52,905 nt of DNA. Source: an uncultured Mycoplasmatota bacterium. GTDB lineage: Bacteria > Bacillota_I > Bacilli_A > RF39 > UBA660. The DNA lies in contig CAMNAC010000001.1 of NCBI GenBank assembly GCA_946530475.1, positions 1 to 52,905 on the forward strand. Reading direction: 5' to 3'. The notes under the pieces were generated by a model, which was given only the letters and a program-made list of their open reading frames with translations, made no database searches and was not told the origin of the DNA. The position numbers and the translations under genes are program-made. This document shows, piece after piece, positions 19,462 through 28,418 of this stretch. Position 1 is the stretch's first letter. Every line of letters starts with the position of its first letter.

Positions 19462-19472
19462 AAGGCTTTTTT
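19451..19472. terminator. Bidirectional terminator between convergent genes
   Basis: The stem AAAAAGCC / GGCTTTTTT has loop TAAAA. Confidence 0.6.
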
Positions 19473-19480
19473 ATTGTAAT

Positions 19481-19496
19481 TATTTCCCGGGAAATA
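19481..19496. promoter_or_regulatory. Perfect Noc-binding-site (NBS) palindrome TATTTCCCGGGAAATA
   Basis: The 16-bp perfect palindrome contains the published 14-bp NBS consensus ATTTCCCGGGAAAT. It lies between convergent genes. Confidence 0.6.
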
Positions 19497-19498
19497 AT

Positions 19499-20854
19499 TT
19501 ATTTTCCAAGACAGAATCTGCTAAATAATTGATCTAGAAGTTCTTCATCATAGGTTTCTCCAATAATTTCACCAAGTAAATTCCAGATATTTCTTAAATC
19601 TATTTCAACCATATCAATTGGAATATTTTTTTGAATTGCTTTCTTTACTTCTTTCAAAGATTCGTAACTTTTTTTCAATAAGGAAATACTTCTTGCATTC
19701 GATAAATAAGTAAAATCTTTCATTTCAATTTGTTCTAATTCAAATAATTTTCTTATTTTTTCTTTTAATTCTTCTAATCCTTTATGATTTTTTATACTCA
19801 TCCATACTATTTTATTGGAATCAAACTGATCAATTTGAAGATTCTGTTTTAAATCTGTTTTATTGATTAGTATTAAATAATTTTTATTCTTAATTTGATG
19901 AAGTAATTCTATCTCTTCTTTTGTAATTTTTTCATTGTTATTTAAAACAAATAAAATTAAATCTGATTTATCAATTAAATTTAAACTTTTTTGTACACCA
20001 ATTTTTTCTACTAAATCTTCTGTTTTACGGATACCTGCTGTATCAATAATATGAAGAGGAATTCCGTCTAATACAAAGTTTCCTTCTATAATATCTCGAG
20101 TTGTACCTGGTATATTCGTAACAATCGCTTTTTCTTCCTCTAATAATTCATTTAAAATACTACTTTTTCCTACATTTGGCTTTCCAATTATTAAAGTTTG
20201 AATCCCATTTTTAATCATTTTTCCAGTTTGACTTTCTTGAAGTATTTTCTTCATATCAAGTTCTAATTCTTCTATTTTGGGAAGAATTTTTTCATTGGTT
20301 AATACTTCAATATCATCATATTCTGGAAAATCAATATTTACTTCAATATTTGTTAATATTTCTACTACTTTTTCTCTTAAAGAATGAATTAAATCAGATG
20401 TTTTTCCACTTAATTCATTCATTGCAAGTTTTCTTCTTGTTTCCGTATCTGCTTCTATTACATCCATGATTCCTTCTACATTCATTAAATCAATTCGCCC
20501 GTTTAAGAATGCTCTTTGAGTAAACTCACCTTGTTTTGCCAGACGTGCTCCTTTTTGTAATACCAATTCTAATACTCTTTTTGTTGTTGCATATCCTCCA
20601 TGAGTATTGATTTCAACAATATCTTCCATAGTATATGTTTTAGGAGCTTTCATTACACTTACCAGTACTTCATCAATTACTTCGTTTTCCTCTACTATAT
20701 GACCATAATGAATGGTATGACTAGACACTTGTTCTAAATCTTTTCCTTTAAATATTTGATTAACTATTGAAATTGCTTCTTTTCCGCTTACTCGAACAAT
20801 GGATATTGCTCCTACTCCAGATGCCGTTGAGATAGCTGCAATTGTATCATTCAT
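19499..20854 (-). CDS. mnmE: tRNA modification GTPase MnmE (TrmE)
   Basis: The N-terminus TIAAISTASGVGAISIVRVSG, the G1 motif GKPNVGKSS and the C-terminal CLGK motif are present. Confidence 0.95.
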   Translation of the reverse strand: MNDTIAAISTASGVGAISIVRVSGKEAISIVNQIFKGKDLEQVSSHTIHYGHIVEENEVIDEVLVSVMKAPKTYTMEDIVEINTHGGYATTKRVLELVLQKGARLAKQGEFTQRAFLNGRIDLMNVEGIMDVIEADTETRRKLAMNELSGKTSDLIHSLREKVVEILTNIEVNIDFPEYDDIEVLTNEKILPKIEELELDMKKILQESQTGKMIKNGIQTLIIGKPNVGKSSILNELLEEEKAIVTNIPGTTRDIIEGNFVLDGIPLHIIDTAGIRKTEDLVEKIGVQKSLNLIDKSDLILFVLNNNEKITKEEIELLHQIKNKNYLILINKTDLKQNLQIDQFDSNKIVWMSIKNHKGLEELKEKIRKLFELEQIEMKDFTYLSNARSISLLKKSYESLKEVKKAIQKNIPIDMVEIDLRNIWNLLGEIIGETYDEELLDQLFSRFCLGK

Positions 20855-20858
20855 ATTA

Positions 20859-21404
20859 TCACTTCTTTTCTTTTTTCTTGATTCCTAAATACTTATACCA
20901 TCGAGATGGATACTTTAATATTTCCATAGATGCTGCTTTATCGGTTAATGTAATCATCCAACCTATTCCATAACGAGGTGGAATCAAGGTTAATGGAAAC
21001 ATATGTCTTACAATACTATTTTCTATTTTTTTATTCATTAAATTAGGAAAATACTTTTTAGAATTTTCTAATGCTTCTTTTGGATGTCTAAAACCATGAG
21101 ACTGAAAAAAAGGTCTTTTTTCTGTATCTAATTGCCAATCTTTATAATAAAAATCGTGTAATAATCCCGCAATTGCGGCAGATTTTTTATCTGCATGAAA
21201 GAACTTTGCCATCTTATATGTTTTGATACATACATTTAAGGAGTGTACGTAAACAGATCGATCTTCATGATGGTGATATTGTTTTCTTTTTAAAAATTCA
21301 GGATGATTTAAAATCTCTCCTACATAAGATTCTAATTCAGGATTCATTTTAGCTTTTAATTTTTTTAATTCTTTTTCTTCATTTAATTTCGGCAATTTTT
21401 TCAT
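20859..21404 (-). CDS. HD-domain phosphohydrolase
   Basis: An H...HD pattern is present (VYVHSLNV ... GLLHDFYY). Confidence 0.7.
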   Translation of the reverse strand: MKKLPKLNEEKELKKLKAKMNPELESYVGEILNHPEFLKRKQYHHHEDRSVYVHSLNVCIKTYKMAKFFHADKKSAAIAGLLHDFYYKDWQLDTEKRPFFQSHGFRHPKEALENSKKYFPNLMNKKIENSIVRHMFPLTLIPPRYGIGWMITLTDKAASMEILKYPSRWYKYLGIKKKEKK

Positions 21405-21457
21405 ACAACATCCCTCAATGTGTACATTTTACTACAGAAAACAAAAAAAAGAAAGAG

Positions 21458-22075
21458 TTAATCTTTCTTGTAACGAATTACAACATAACGGTTTGGAGCT
21501 TCTCCAAAACTTTCTGTTTCTAAGTTTTCAAATTTAGATACTACTTCATGTACCACTCTTCTGTCGTAGGAATTCATAGGATCTAATTTTGCTTCAACTT
21601 TTGTTTTCAATACTTCACGAGCAATTTTTCTAGCTTCAAATTCTAAATTCTTTTGTTTTTTTGCTTTATAATTTGCAACATCAACAACTACTTTAATTGT
21701 AAATCCTGTTTTTGCTTGAATACTAGAACGTAATAATGTTTGAAGTGCAGTTAATGTTCTACCATCTTTTCCAATCAAAATTGGATTATGTTCTTCTGAA
21801 ACTAATACAACGTTATAAATTCCATCTTTTTCCTTGATTTCAGAATGGATATCAATATTCATTCCTTTTGCATACTCATTGATAAACTCTTTTAAGTAAT
21901 TAGTAACATCTTCTTTTGTAACTACTTCTAAAGTTACTTTTTTTGATTTAAATAGTTTTGCTTCTGTTTCTTGATAGCGAGTATATAAATTTGTTTCTTC
22001 TATATTTAATTCCTCTATACAAGATTGCATTGCTTCTTCTTTTGTTTTTCCTTCATATTTTCTAACTTCTAGCAT
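21458..22075 (-). CDS. khpB: RNA-binding protein Jag/KhpB (KH + R3H domains)
   Basis: The R3H-like C-terminus LDPMNSYDRRVVHEVVS is present. The gene follows yidC as in the conserved operon. Confidence 0.85.
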   Translation of the reverse strand: MLEVRKYEGKTKEEAMQSCIEELNIEETNLYTRYQETEAKLFKSKKVTLEVVTKEDVTNYLKEFINEYAKGMNIDIHSEIKEKDGIYNVVLVSEEHNPILIGKDGRTLTALQTLLRSSIQAKTGFTIKVVVDVANYKAKKQKNLEFEARKIAREVLKTKVEAKLDPMNSYDRRVVHEVVSKFENLETESFGEAPNRYVVIRYKKD

Positions 22076-23087
22076 CTTTAATACTCCTTTTTACATATAA
22101 GTTTTGTAGAATTGTAAATGTACTATTTGTAATCCAATATAATGCAATTCCAGTAGAGGTTGCGAATGAGAATAAAGTAATCATTGCAATCGATACATTA
22201 CTCATAGTTTTCATTTGTTGTGCTTGATCTTCTCCCATAGATGCAGTGGAATTTAATTTAAATGAGAAGTAACTTGCTATACCAACCAATACTACAACAA
22301 TTAAGTAATACCATTTTCCATTTTGAAGTGCCATTATAGGAGTAGTTCCTAATTGGAATACTTTTAAGAAGGTTCTTTCAAAAATAACTGGTAATAAATT
22401 AAGTGCGTCATAGAATGCAAAGAAAAGTGGAATTTGAATAAATGCAAATAGACATCCACTCATTGGATTGATATTATATTTTTTATAAATCAGCATCATT
22501 TCTTGACTCTTTTGAATTTGACTTTGTTGATCTGTTTTATTTGCATATTTCTTTTCTAAGCTATCTAGTTCTGGTTTAGCTTTCTTCATATTTTCAGATT
22601 GTAAAGCTGTTTTTTTCGTAAATGGCATTGTAATTAAACGAATAAGTAGAGTAGTAAGAATTACAGAAATACCATAGTTTCCAAACAACTCTCCAATTTT
22701 AATTAATACCCAAGCAAGTGGTTTTACAAAAATCGTTGACCATACTCCTTGGTATCCTCCAGATGTTATAGAAAACTCACTACATTTTGGTAATTTTGTA
22801 ATATCTGTTATTTTTGAAACTAAAGAATCATATTTTGATTGGGTAATTTCTTTATTTTCAAGTTGTTTTTGGTATTTTTCAATCAATTCTTCTTTTGTTT
22901 TTTCATATGCTTCGATTGTTGTACCATCTTCTGGCTGACATAAAATGTGAGCAGTTAAATTTTGACCAGTATGTTCATTTTTTACTGTTTTATTATCGGC
23001 TCCTTTGATGTAAGAAGTACATCCAGATAATAGAAAAACGGAAAGACAAATAACACTAATTTTTAATAATTTACTTTTCTTCTTCAT
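22062..23087 (-). CDS. yidC: Membrane protein insertase YidC/SpoIIIJ-type lipoprotein
   Basis: A lipobox (LLSGC), polytopic Oxa1-family features and rnpA-yidC synteny support the call. Confidence 0.9.
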   Translation of the reverse strand: MKKKSKLLKISVICLSVFLLSGCTSYIKGADNKTVKNEHTGQNLTAHILCQPEDGTTIEAYEKTKEELIEKYQKQLENKEITQSKYDSLVSKITDITKLPKCSEFSITSGGYQGVWSTIFVKPLAWVLIKIGELFGNYGISVILTTLLIRLITMPFTKKTALQSENMKKAKPELDSLEKKYANKTDQQSQIQKSQEMMLIYKKYNINPMSGCLFAFIQIPLFFAFYDALNLLPVIFERTFLKVFQLGTTPIMALQNGKWYYLIVVVLVGIASYFSFKLNSTASMGEDQAQQMKTMSNVSIAMITLFSFATSTGIALYWITNSTFTILQNLYVKRSIKDARS

Positions 23088-23422
23088 ATATTCTCCTTTA
23101 TTAATTCTAACTTGCTAATTTCTTCTAACAAATCTTCTTTCATTTGTTGATAAGTAGAAGAAAGCACGCTCTTTCTAACTATTATAATACAATTAAAACC
23201 ATTTTGGTAGTTTTTTTCTGAAAGAATCTGTTTTATTTGCCTTTTTATATGATTTCTTGTAACTGCATTCCCGATTTTTTTTCCAACAGAGAAACCAAAA
23301 TGATAAATTTCATTTGTATTTTCTTCTAAGTATATGAAAAAATATTTGGTTTTATATGATTTACATGTTTGAATAATTCGATTAAAATCTTCATTTTTTT
23401 TCACAATATTAATTTTTTTCAT
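23084..23422 (-). CDS. rnpA: Ribonuclease P protein component
   Basis: The protein is small and basic. The RNR-like motif VGKKIGNAVTRNHIKRQIK is present. It lies downstream of rpmH. Confidence 0.9.
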   Translation of the reverse strand: MKKINIVKKNEDFNRIIQTCKSYKTKYFFIYLEENTNEIYHFGFSVGKKIGNAVTRNHIKRQIKQILSEKNYQNGFNCIIIVRKSVLSSTYQQMKEDLLEEISKLELIKENI

Positions 23423-23437
23423 GACTCACATCCTATC

Positions 23438-23465
23438 TAAAAAACCACTGAAGATCAGTGGTTTC
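23438..23465 (-). terminator. Intrinsic terminator/attenuator between rpmH and rnpA
   Basis: The stem AAACCACTG / CAGTGGTTT (23442-23464) has loop AAGAT and is followed on the minus strand by TTTTTT. It starts 2 nt after the rpmH stop. Confidence 0.6.
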
Positions 23466-23466
23466 A

Positions 23467-23589
23467 TTAATGTGCTAAATTTTTGCGTCCTTTTCTTCTT
23501 CTATTCGCAATAATTTTTGATTCTGAACGAGCTAAAAATCCTTGTTTTTTACTTTTTTTTCTATTATTAGGTTGAAAAGTTCTTTTCAT
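23467..23589 (-). CDS. rpmH: 50S ribosomal protein L34
   Basis: Manual translation gives [40 protein letters not shown] (40 aa), with the canonical MKRTFQP start. The ORF is too short for the ORF track. Confidence 0.9.
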   Translation of the reverse strand: MKRTFQPNNRKKSKKQGFLARSESKIIANRRRKGRKNLAH

Positions 23590-23668
23590 ATGACACCTCC
23601 CTAAATTTCCCTTTGCTGTAGTTAATTATATAGATAAAAGTCTTTTTTGTCAAACATTATTTAATCTT

Positions 23669-23936
23669 TTTTTCCACTTTTTTGTGGAAAATTTTGTGTA
23701 TATTTTTTTTCTCCACATTTTTACTTGTTAATAAATTTATAGTTTTATTTTATTCCACATACTTTTCTACATATTTATTTCTTATTTTTTCTATTTATTC
23801 GACAATTTTCAACAAATTTGTGGAAAATGAAATCACAGCCTTTTTCCTATGTTTATAATTTTCTCCACAAAAATATGGAAAACTTATTTTTTTTATGACT
23901 TTCTTGTCTTTTTTCTGTGGGAAATATTGTGGATAA
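23669..23936. other. oriC part 1: DnaA-box cluster upstream of dnaA
   Basis: The plus-strand boxes are TTTTCCAC at 23669, TGTGGAAAA at 23683-23691 and TTCTCCACA at 23709-23717. Further boxes are TATTCCACA at 23751-23759, TGTGGAAAA at 23819-23827 and TTCTCCACA at 23861-23869. The last two are TGTGGGAAA at 23916-23924 and a perfect consensus TGTGGATAA at 23928-23936. An AT-rich tract follows, up to the dnaA RBS. Confidence 0.8.
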
Positions 23937-24026
23937 TTTTTTTTGTTCTTTTTTAATATTTTTTCTTTGCTTTTTCATAAAAATATTGTACAATAATGGT
24001 AAATTTTACAAAGTGAGGTGTTTAGG

Positions 24027-25376
24027 ATGAGCAATGATGAATTGTGGACTAGTTTTTTAGCAAAAATGAAAGACTCATTAAATGCAATGGCCTATGACAC
24101 CTGGTTTTCTGAAACAAAACTTTTAGAGATAAAAGGAAATGTCGCGAAAATCATTGTTCCAATGAATGTTCATAAAAAACATTTAAAAGAAAATTATAGT
24201 TCTTTCATGGAAGAAACCTATACCAATTTAACTGGTGAAAACGTTCACTTTGAATACTATACAGAAGATGAAATTGAAGATACAATTCAAATCCCTGTGG
24301 AAAAAGAATACCAATCAAAACCTAATATGGAAACCAATTTAAATCCACAATATACTTTTGATAATTTTATAGTAGGAGTCAGTAATAAATTTGCGAAAGC
24401 TACTTCTTTAGCAGTCGCTGAAAAGCCTGGATTCATGTACAATCCTTTATTTATCTATGGAAATAGTGGACTTGGTAAAACTCATTTGATGCATGCAATA
24501 GGAAATTACATTGTAACACATAGTGAAAAAAGAGTTTTATATGTTACCTGTGAAAAATTTGTTTCTGATTTTATAGGAATTAGTAAAAAAAATAAAGATG
24601 GAAATAATTATGATAGTGTGGAAATCTTTAAAAAGAAATACCGTGACATTGATGTATTAATGATTGATGATATTCAGTACTTAGGAAATGCTTATCAAAC
24701 ACAACAAGAGTTTTTTAATACTTTTAATGATTTATATGGGAACAATAAACAAATTATTATTTCCTCAGACCGATCTCCAGATGATTTAAAACTATTAGAA
24801 GATCGTTTAAGAACGAGATTTAATTGGGGACTTACAATCGATATTTTACCTCCTGACTTTCAACTTCGCATGGATATTATTGATAAAAAAATAGAAAGTC
24901 AAGTGATGGGAAGTTCTTTCCCAAAAGAAGTAAAAGAATATATCGCAAGTAATTGTACGACTGATATTAGAAAACTGGAAGGTGCAATTACAAGGGTATT
25001 TGCTTATGCTACCATGATGAGTGGATCTGATATTACGTTGGATTTGGCTGTAGAAGCATTAAAAGATTACTTTGTAAAAAGCATTGTTTCAAAGAATAAG
25101 ATTGAACAAGTTCAACAATTAGTCGCTAATCATTATAATATTACAGTTGAAGATTTAAAGAGTAAAAAAAGAATGGCAAAAATAGGGGTTCCACGACAAA
25201 TAGCAATGTATATTTGTAGAACTGTTTTAGAAGAATCTTTACCAAAGATAGGAATTGAATTTGGTGGAAAAGATCATACAACTGTAATGCATTCTGTTGA
25301 TAAAATAAAAAGGGAAATTAAAACAAATCAAATATTAGAAATGGAAATTCAAAAAATAATAAATCAGATTAAATAG
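24027..25376 (+). CDS. dnaA: Chromosomal replication initiator protein DnaA
   Basis: The track ORF starts at GTG 24018. The ATG at 24027 (MSNDELW) lies 6 nt after a GAGGTG RBS. The Walker A motif GNSGLGKTHL and the C-terminal DnaA signature GGKDHTTVMH are present. Confidence 0.97.
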   Translation: MSNDELWTSFLAKMKDSLNAMAYDTWFSETKLLEIKGNVAKIIVPMNVHKKHLKENYSSFMEETYTNLTGENVHFEYYTEDEIEDTIQIPVEKEYQSKPNMETNLNPQYTFDNFIVGVSNKFAKATSLAVAEKPGFMYNPLFIYGNSGLGKTHLMHAIGNYIVTHSEKRVLYVTCEKFVSDFIGISKKNKDGNNYDSVEIFKKKYRDIDVLMIDDIQYLGNAYQTQQEFFNTFNDLYGNNKQIIISSDRSPDDLKLLEDRLRTRFNWGLTIDILPPDFQLRMDIIDKKIESQVMGSSFPKEVKEYIASNCTTDIRKLEGAITRVFAYATMMSGSDITLDLAVEALKDYFVKSIVSKNKIEQVQQLVANHYNITVEDLKSKKRMAKIGVPRQIAMYICRTVLEESLPKIGIEFGGKDHTTVMHSVDKIKREIKTNQILEMEIQKIINQIK

Positions 25377-25401
25377 TGGAAAGAAATTGATTATTCACTT
25401 T

Positions 25402-25473
25402 TTTTCCACAGAATTAAGAATCATTTTTTTCATTAGTTTTCAATTATTTATCATTTTTTCCACTTTTTCCACT
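25402..25473. other. oriC part 2: DnaA boxes in the dnaA-dnaN spacer
   Basis: TTTTCCACA lies at 25402-25410. Two abutting TTTTCCACT copies lie at 25456-25464 and 25465-25473. An AT-rich tract (TCAATAATATAAATAATTTTTT) follows. Confidence 0.6.
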
Positions 25474-25511
25474 TCAATAATATAAATAATTTTTTAAAAA
25501 GGAGAGATATT

Positions 25512-26630
25512 ATGAAATTAACAATTAAACAAAACAAACTTATGGAACATTTAAATTATGTTATTAAAGGAATCTCAAGTAAGAATTTAATTCCTATATT
25601 AAATTGTATTAAATTTGAATTAACGGATGAAGGATTATACTTAATGAGTACCGATAATGAAATTGCAATCAAAACATTCTTAGATAAGAAAGATATAGAA
25701 ACTATTGATCAAGTAGGAGAAGTAGTTGTATCAGGACGTTATATCTATGATATTATAAGAAAACTTCCAAACGAAATTATAAATATTGAAGAAGTTGTGG
25801 ATTCAAAACTATTAATTTATACAAGCTCATCTTCTTTCCATTTGAATTGTAATAACGCAAGTGAATTTCCTAATTTAGATTTAGAAGATAATAAAAATCC
25901 AATTTATATAAGTAAAAAAGGTTTTAAAAACATTATTTCCCAAACTTCATTTGCTACATCTAGTCAAGAAACAAGACCTGTTTTAACGGGTATCAATTTT
26001 AAAATATCAGGTAATAAATTAGAATGTACTGCGACTGATTCTTATCGTTTAGCAAAAAAGACAATTACTTTAGATGAAACATTAAAAGAAGACATTAATA
26101 TCATTATTCCAACTAAAAATTTATTAGAGCTAACTAGATTACTAGGGGAAGATGATAATTTAGAAATTCATATCTTTAGTAATAAAGTAATCTTTAAATT
26201 TGATACGATTGTTATGATGTCTCGTTTAATTAATGGTACATATCCAGATACCTCAAAATTAATCCCAACAGAATTTGCTTTAGAAATGAAAACAAATTTA
26301 TCTCATTTTTATGATTCTATTGACCGTGCATCACTTCTTACAAATGAAGCAGATAAAAATACTATTAAATTAGAAAGCAAAGGAACAGAAGTAATTGTTT
26401 CTTCCAATATTCCTGAAATAGGAAATGTAGAAGAAAAATTAGAAATGGAAAAAAATAATGATTCTGACATTAAAATAGCATTTAGTAGTAAATATATGAT
26501 GGAAGCATTAAAATCCTTTGATTCAGAAGAGATTAGTTTACTATTTAATGGAGAAATTAAACCAATTATTGTAAAAAATACCAATAGTGATGATTTAATT
26601 CAACTTATCTTACCAATTAGAACTTACTAA
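25512..26630 (+). CDS. dnaN: DNA polymerase III beta sliding clamp
   Basis: The N-terminus MKLTIKQNKLMEHLNYVIKGIS, the RPVLTGINF motif and the length (372 aa) fit DnaN. The position after dnaA is conserved. Confidence 0.95.
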   Translation: MKLTIKQNKLMEHLNYVIKGISSKNLIPILNCIKFELTDEGLYLMSTDNEIAIKTFLDKKDIETIDQVGEVVVSGRYIYDIIRKLPNEIINIEEVVDSKLLIYTSSSSFHLNCNNASEFPNLDLEDNKNPIYISKKGFKNIISQTSFATSSQETRPVLTGINFKISGNKLECTATDSYRLAKKTITLDETLKEDINIIIPTKNLLELTRLLGEDDNLEIHIFSNKVIFKFDTIVMMSRLINGTYPDTSKLIPTEFALEMKTNLSHFYDSIDRASLLTNEADKNTIKLESKGTEVIVSSNIPEIGNVEEKLEMEKNNDSDIKIAFSSKYMMEALKSFDSEEISLLFNGEIKPIIVKNTNSDDLIQLILPIRTY

Positions 26631-26645
26631 AAGTTCTTTTTTTTT
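26619..26645 (+). terminator. Rho-independent terminator after dnaN
   Basis: The stem AGAACTT / AAGTTCT encloses the stop codon and is followed by a T-run. Confidence 0.6.
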
Positions 26646-26716
26646 GACAAATTATGACATTTTTTGACATTTCCTGGTGGTATAAGAAGTGTGTCTAACG
26701 AAAACGGGGGGATAAT

Positions 26717-27163
26717 ATGTTAGAATCATATGAAGTAAATTCTTCTACACTTGCTTTATTAGCGCTTAATGAGCATACTACTAAAGTTGTGGAAAAAGAA
26801 AAGGAGTATTATATTTCTAAACCATCCATTAAAATTATGGATGATAGTTGTAAATACTTCGGAAGCTCTTATTTAGGTAGAGAAGAGGGATCTAGAAATT
26901 TAATAGGAAGTACTTATAAAGTACCAATTATTGTAGAGGAAACAAAGAGAATGATTTTTATTCCAACTTCTTCACCAAAATTTAGTACTTGTGATTGGAT
27001 TGCTTTTCATCATATTTATAAGTATGAAGAAAAAGAAAATGGACTTTATATCTTATTTGATAATGGAAAACAAATCAGTATTAATATGTCTTATTATTCG
27101 TTTGAAAACCAAATATTGAGAGCTTCTAAATTAGAAAACACGATTCGAAATAGAATTTCATAA
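26717..27163 (+). CDS. comK: ComK family competence transcription factor homolog (148 aa)
   Basis: LESYEVNSSTLALL, DDSCKYFGSSYLGREEGS, IFIPTSSPKFSTCDWI and SYYSFENQ match conserved blocks of B. subtilis ComK as recalled (LESYEVNGATIAVL, DRSCRFFGSSYAGRKAGT, LFPTLSS..QCGWI, SYNSFENQ). Confidence 0.8.
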   Translation: MLESYEVNSSTLALLALNEHTTKVVEKEKEYYISKPSIKIMDDSCKYFGSSYLGREEGSRNLIGSTYKVPIIVEETKRMIFIPTSSPKFSTCDWIAFHHIYKYEEKENGLYILFDNGKQISINMSYYSFENQILRASKLENTIRNRIS

Positions 27164-27190
27164 AAAAATAAGCAAAAAATGCTTATTTTT
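27164..27190 (+). terminator. Rho-independent terminator after comK
   Basis: The stem AAAAATAAGCA / TGCTTATTTTT has an AAAAA loop and is followed by a T-rich tail. Confidence 0.6.
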
Positions 27191-27295
27191 CGTTTTTTAG
27201 CCTATTTTTATGTTATAATAGTAATTGTGTATAGGAGTATTTAAAAAAGTAAAAATTTCTAAAAAGCACATTTTTTTGCCAAAGAAGGTGATATC

Positions 27296-28417
27296 GTGTA
27301 TTTAAAAGAACTTCATATCATGAATTTTCGCAATTATGAGAAATTAGATTTGAAGCTGCATTCTGGTATTAACCTTATTTATGGAAAAAATGCACAAGGT
27401 AAAACTAACTTATTAGAATCTATTTATGTTTTAGGATTAACCAAATCTCATCGTTCTTTTATTGATCATAGTTTAATAAAAGAAGGAGAAGATTCTTCTT
27501 ATTTAATGGGAATATTGTCTTATGGAATACTTGATACAAAACTAGAGATAGGATTTGATTTTAAAAAGAAAAAATTAAAATGTGATTCAGAAGAAGTGAA
27601 AAAAATTAGTGATTATATTTCAAAAATGAACATTATTATTTTTTATCCAGATGATTTAGAATTAGTAAAAGGATCTCCTAGTATTAGAAGACGATTTTTA
27701 AATACGGAATTAAGTCAACTATATAGTACTTATTTTATTCTTTTAAACGATTTTAATCGTTTATTAAAAATGAGAAATGAATTTTTAAAAAAGATGAATA
27801 AAAAGGAATCTGTTGATGAAAATTATTTTCAAATTTTAACCAATTATTATATTGAAAAATCGGTTTCTATTTTCAAAATGAGAAAAAAATTATTGGATAA
27901 AATAAATGAGTATGCACCAAATATTTATGAAAATATAACTGGTCATAGTGGATTTCATATTCAATATGTACCAAGTGTATCTTTCTCTTCCTATCAAATT
28001 GAAATAATGAAACAAGAAATGAATGATAAGATAACAAAGATGAAAGAAGTAGAAATAAAACTAGGAACTTCAATGGTAGGTCCTCATCGTGATGATTTTG
28101 AATTTTATTTATCTGATAAAAATCTAAAAAATTATGGATCACAAGGTCAGCAAAGAGTGAGTGTATTAGCAATCAAATTAGCTGAAATAAAGATTTTTAA
28201 AAGTCAAAAAGGAACATCTCCTATATTACTTTTAGATGATGTTTTTAGTGAATTAGATGGTAAAAAAAGAAGCAATTTACTAGATTATATTGATTCTGAT
28301 ATTCAAACGATTATTACAACTACGGATTTATCTAACATTGATTCTGAAATATTAAAATCAGCGAAAAAGATTGAAATTGAAAATGCAAATATTAAATCGA
28401 TAGAAGAGGTGGAATAA
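27296..28417 (+). CDS. recF: DNA replication and repair protein RecF
   Basis: A GTG start follows a [26 protein letters not shown], the Walker A motif [12 protein letters not shown], the signature GSQGQQR and the Walker B motif [11 protein letters not shown] are present. Confidence 0.93.
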   Translation: MYLKELHIMNFRNYEKLDLKLHSGINLIYGKNAQGKTNLLESIYVLGLTKSHRSFIDHSLIKEGEDSSYLMGILSYGILDTKLEIGFDFKKKKLKCDSEEVKKISDYISKMNIIIFYPDDLELVKGSPSIRRRFLNTELSQLYSTYFILLNDFNRLLKMRNEFLKKMNKKESVDENYFQILTNYYIEKSVSIFKMRKKLLDKINEYAPNIYENITGHSGFHIQYVPSVSFSSYQIEIMKQEMNDKITKMKEVEIKLGTSMVGPHRDDFEFYLSDKNLKNYGSQGQQRVSVLAIKLAEIKIFKSQKGTSPILLLDDVFSELDGKKRSNLLDYIDSDIQTIITTTDLSNIDSEILKSAKKIEIENANIKSIEEVE

Positions 28418-28418
28418 A

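Noticed and set aside
23645-23657. The shared string TTTTTTGTCAAAC occurs at 23645 (oriC region) and at 50811 (after metG).
   Set aside because: There are only two copies, the string is short and T-rich, and one copy is simply the T-run of the metG terminator. There is no supporting symmetry or further copies, so it is likely coincidental.
26644-26669. Three TGACA/TTGACA repeats upstream of comK could be a regulator binding array or multiple -35 elements.
   Set aside because: None of them is 16-18 nt from a -10 hexamer; the only good -10 is the extended TGGTATAAG at 26678-26686. The spacing is irregular (9 and 11 bp). In AT-rich DNA this could be chance. It is mentioned under the ComK finding but not called as a feature.
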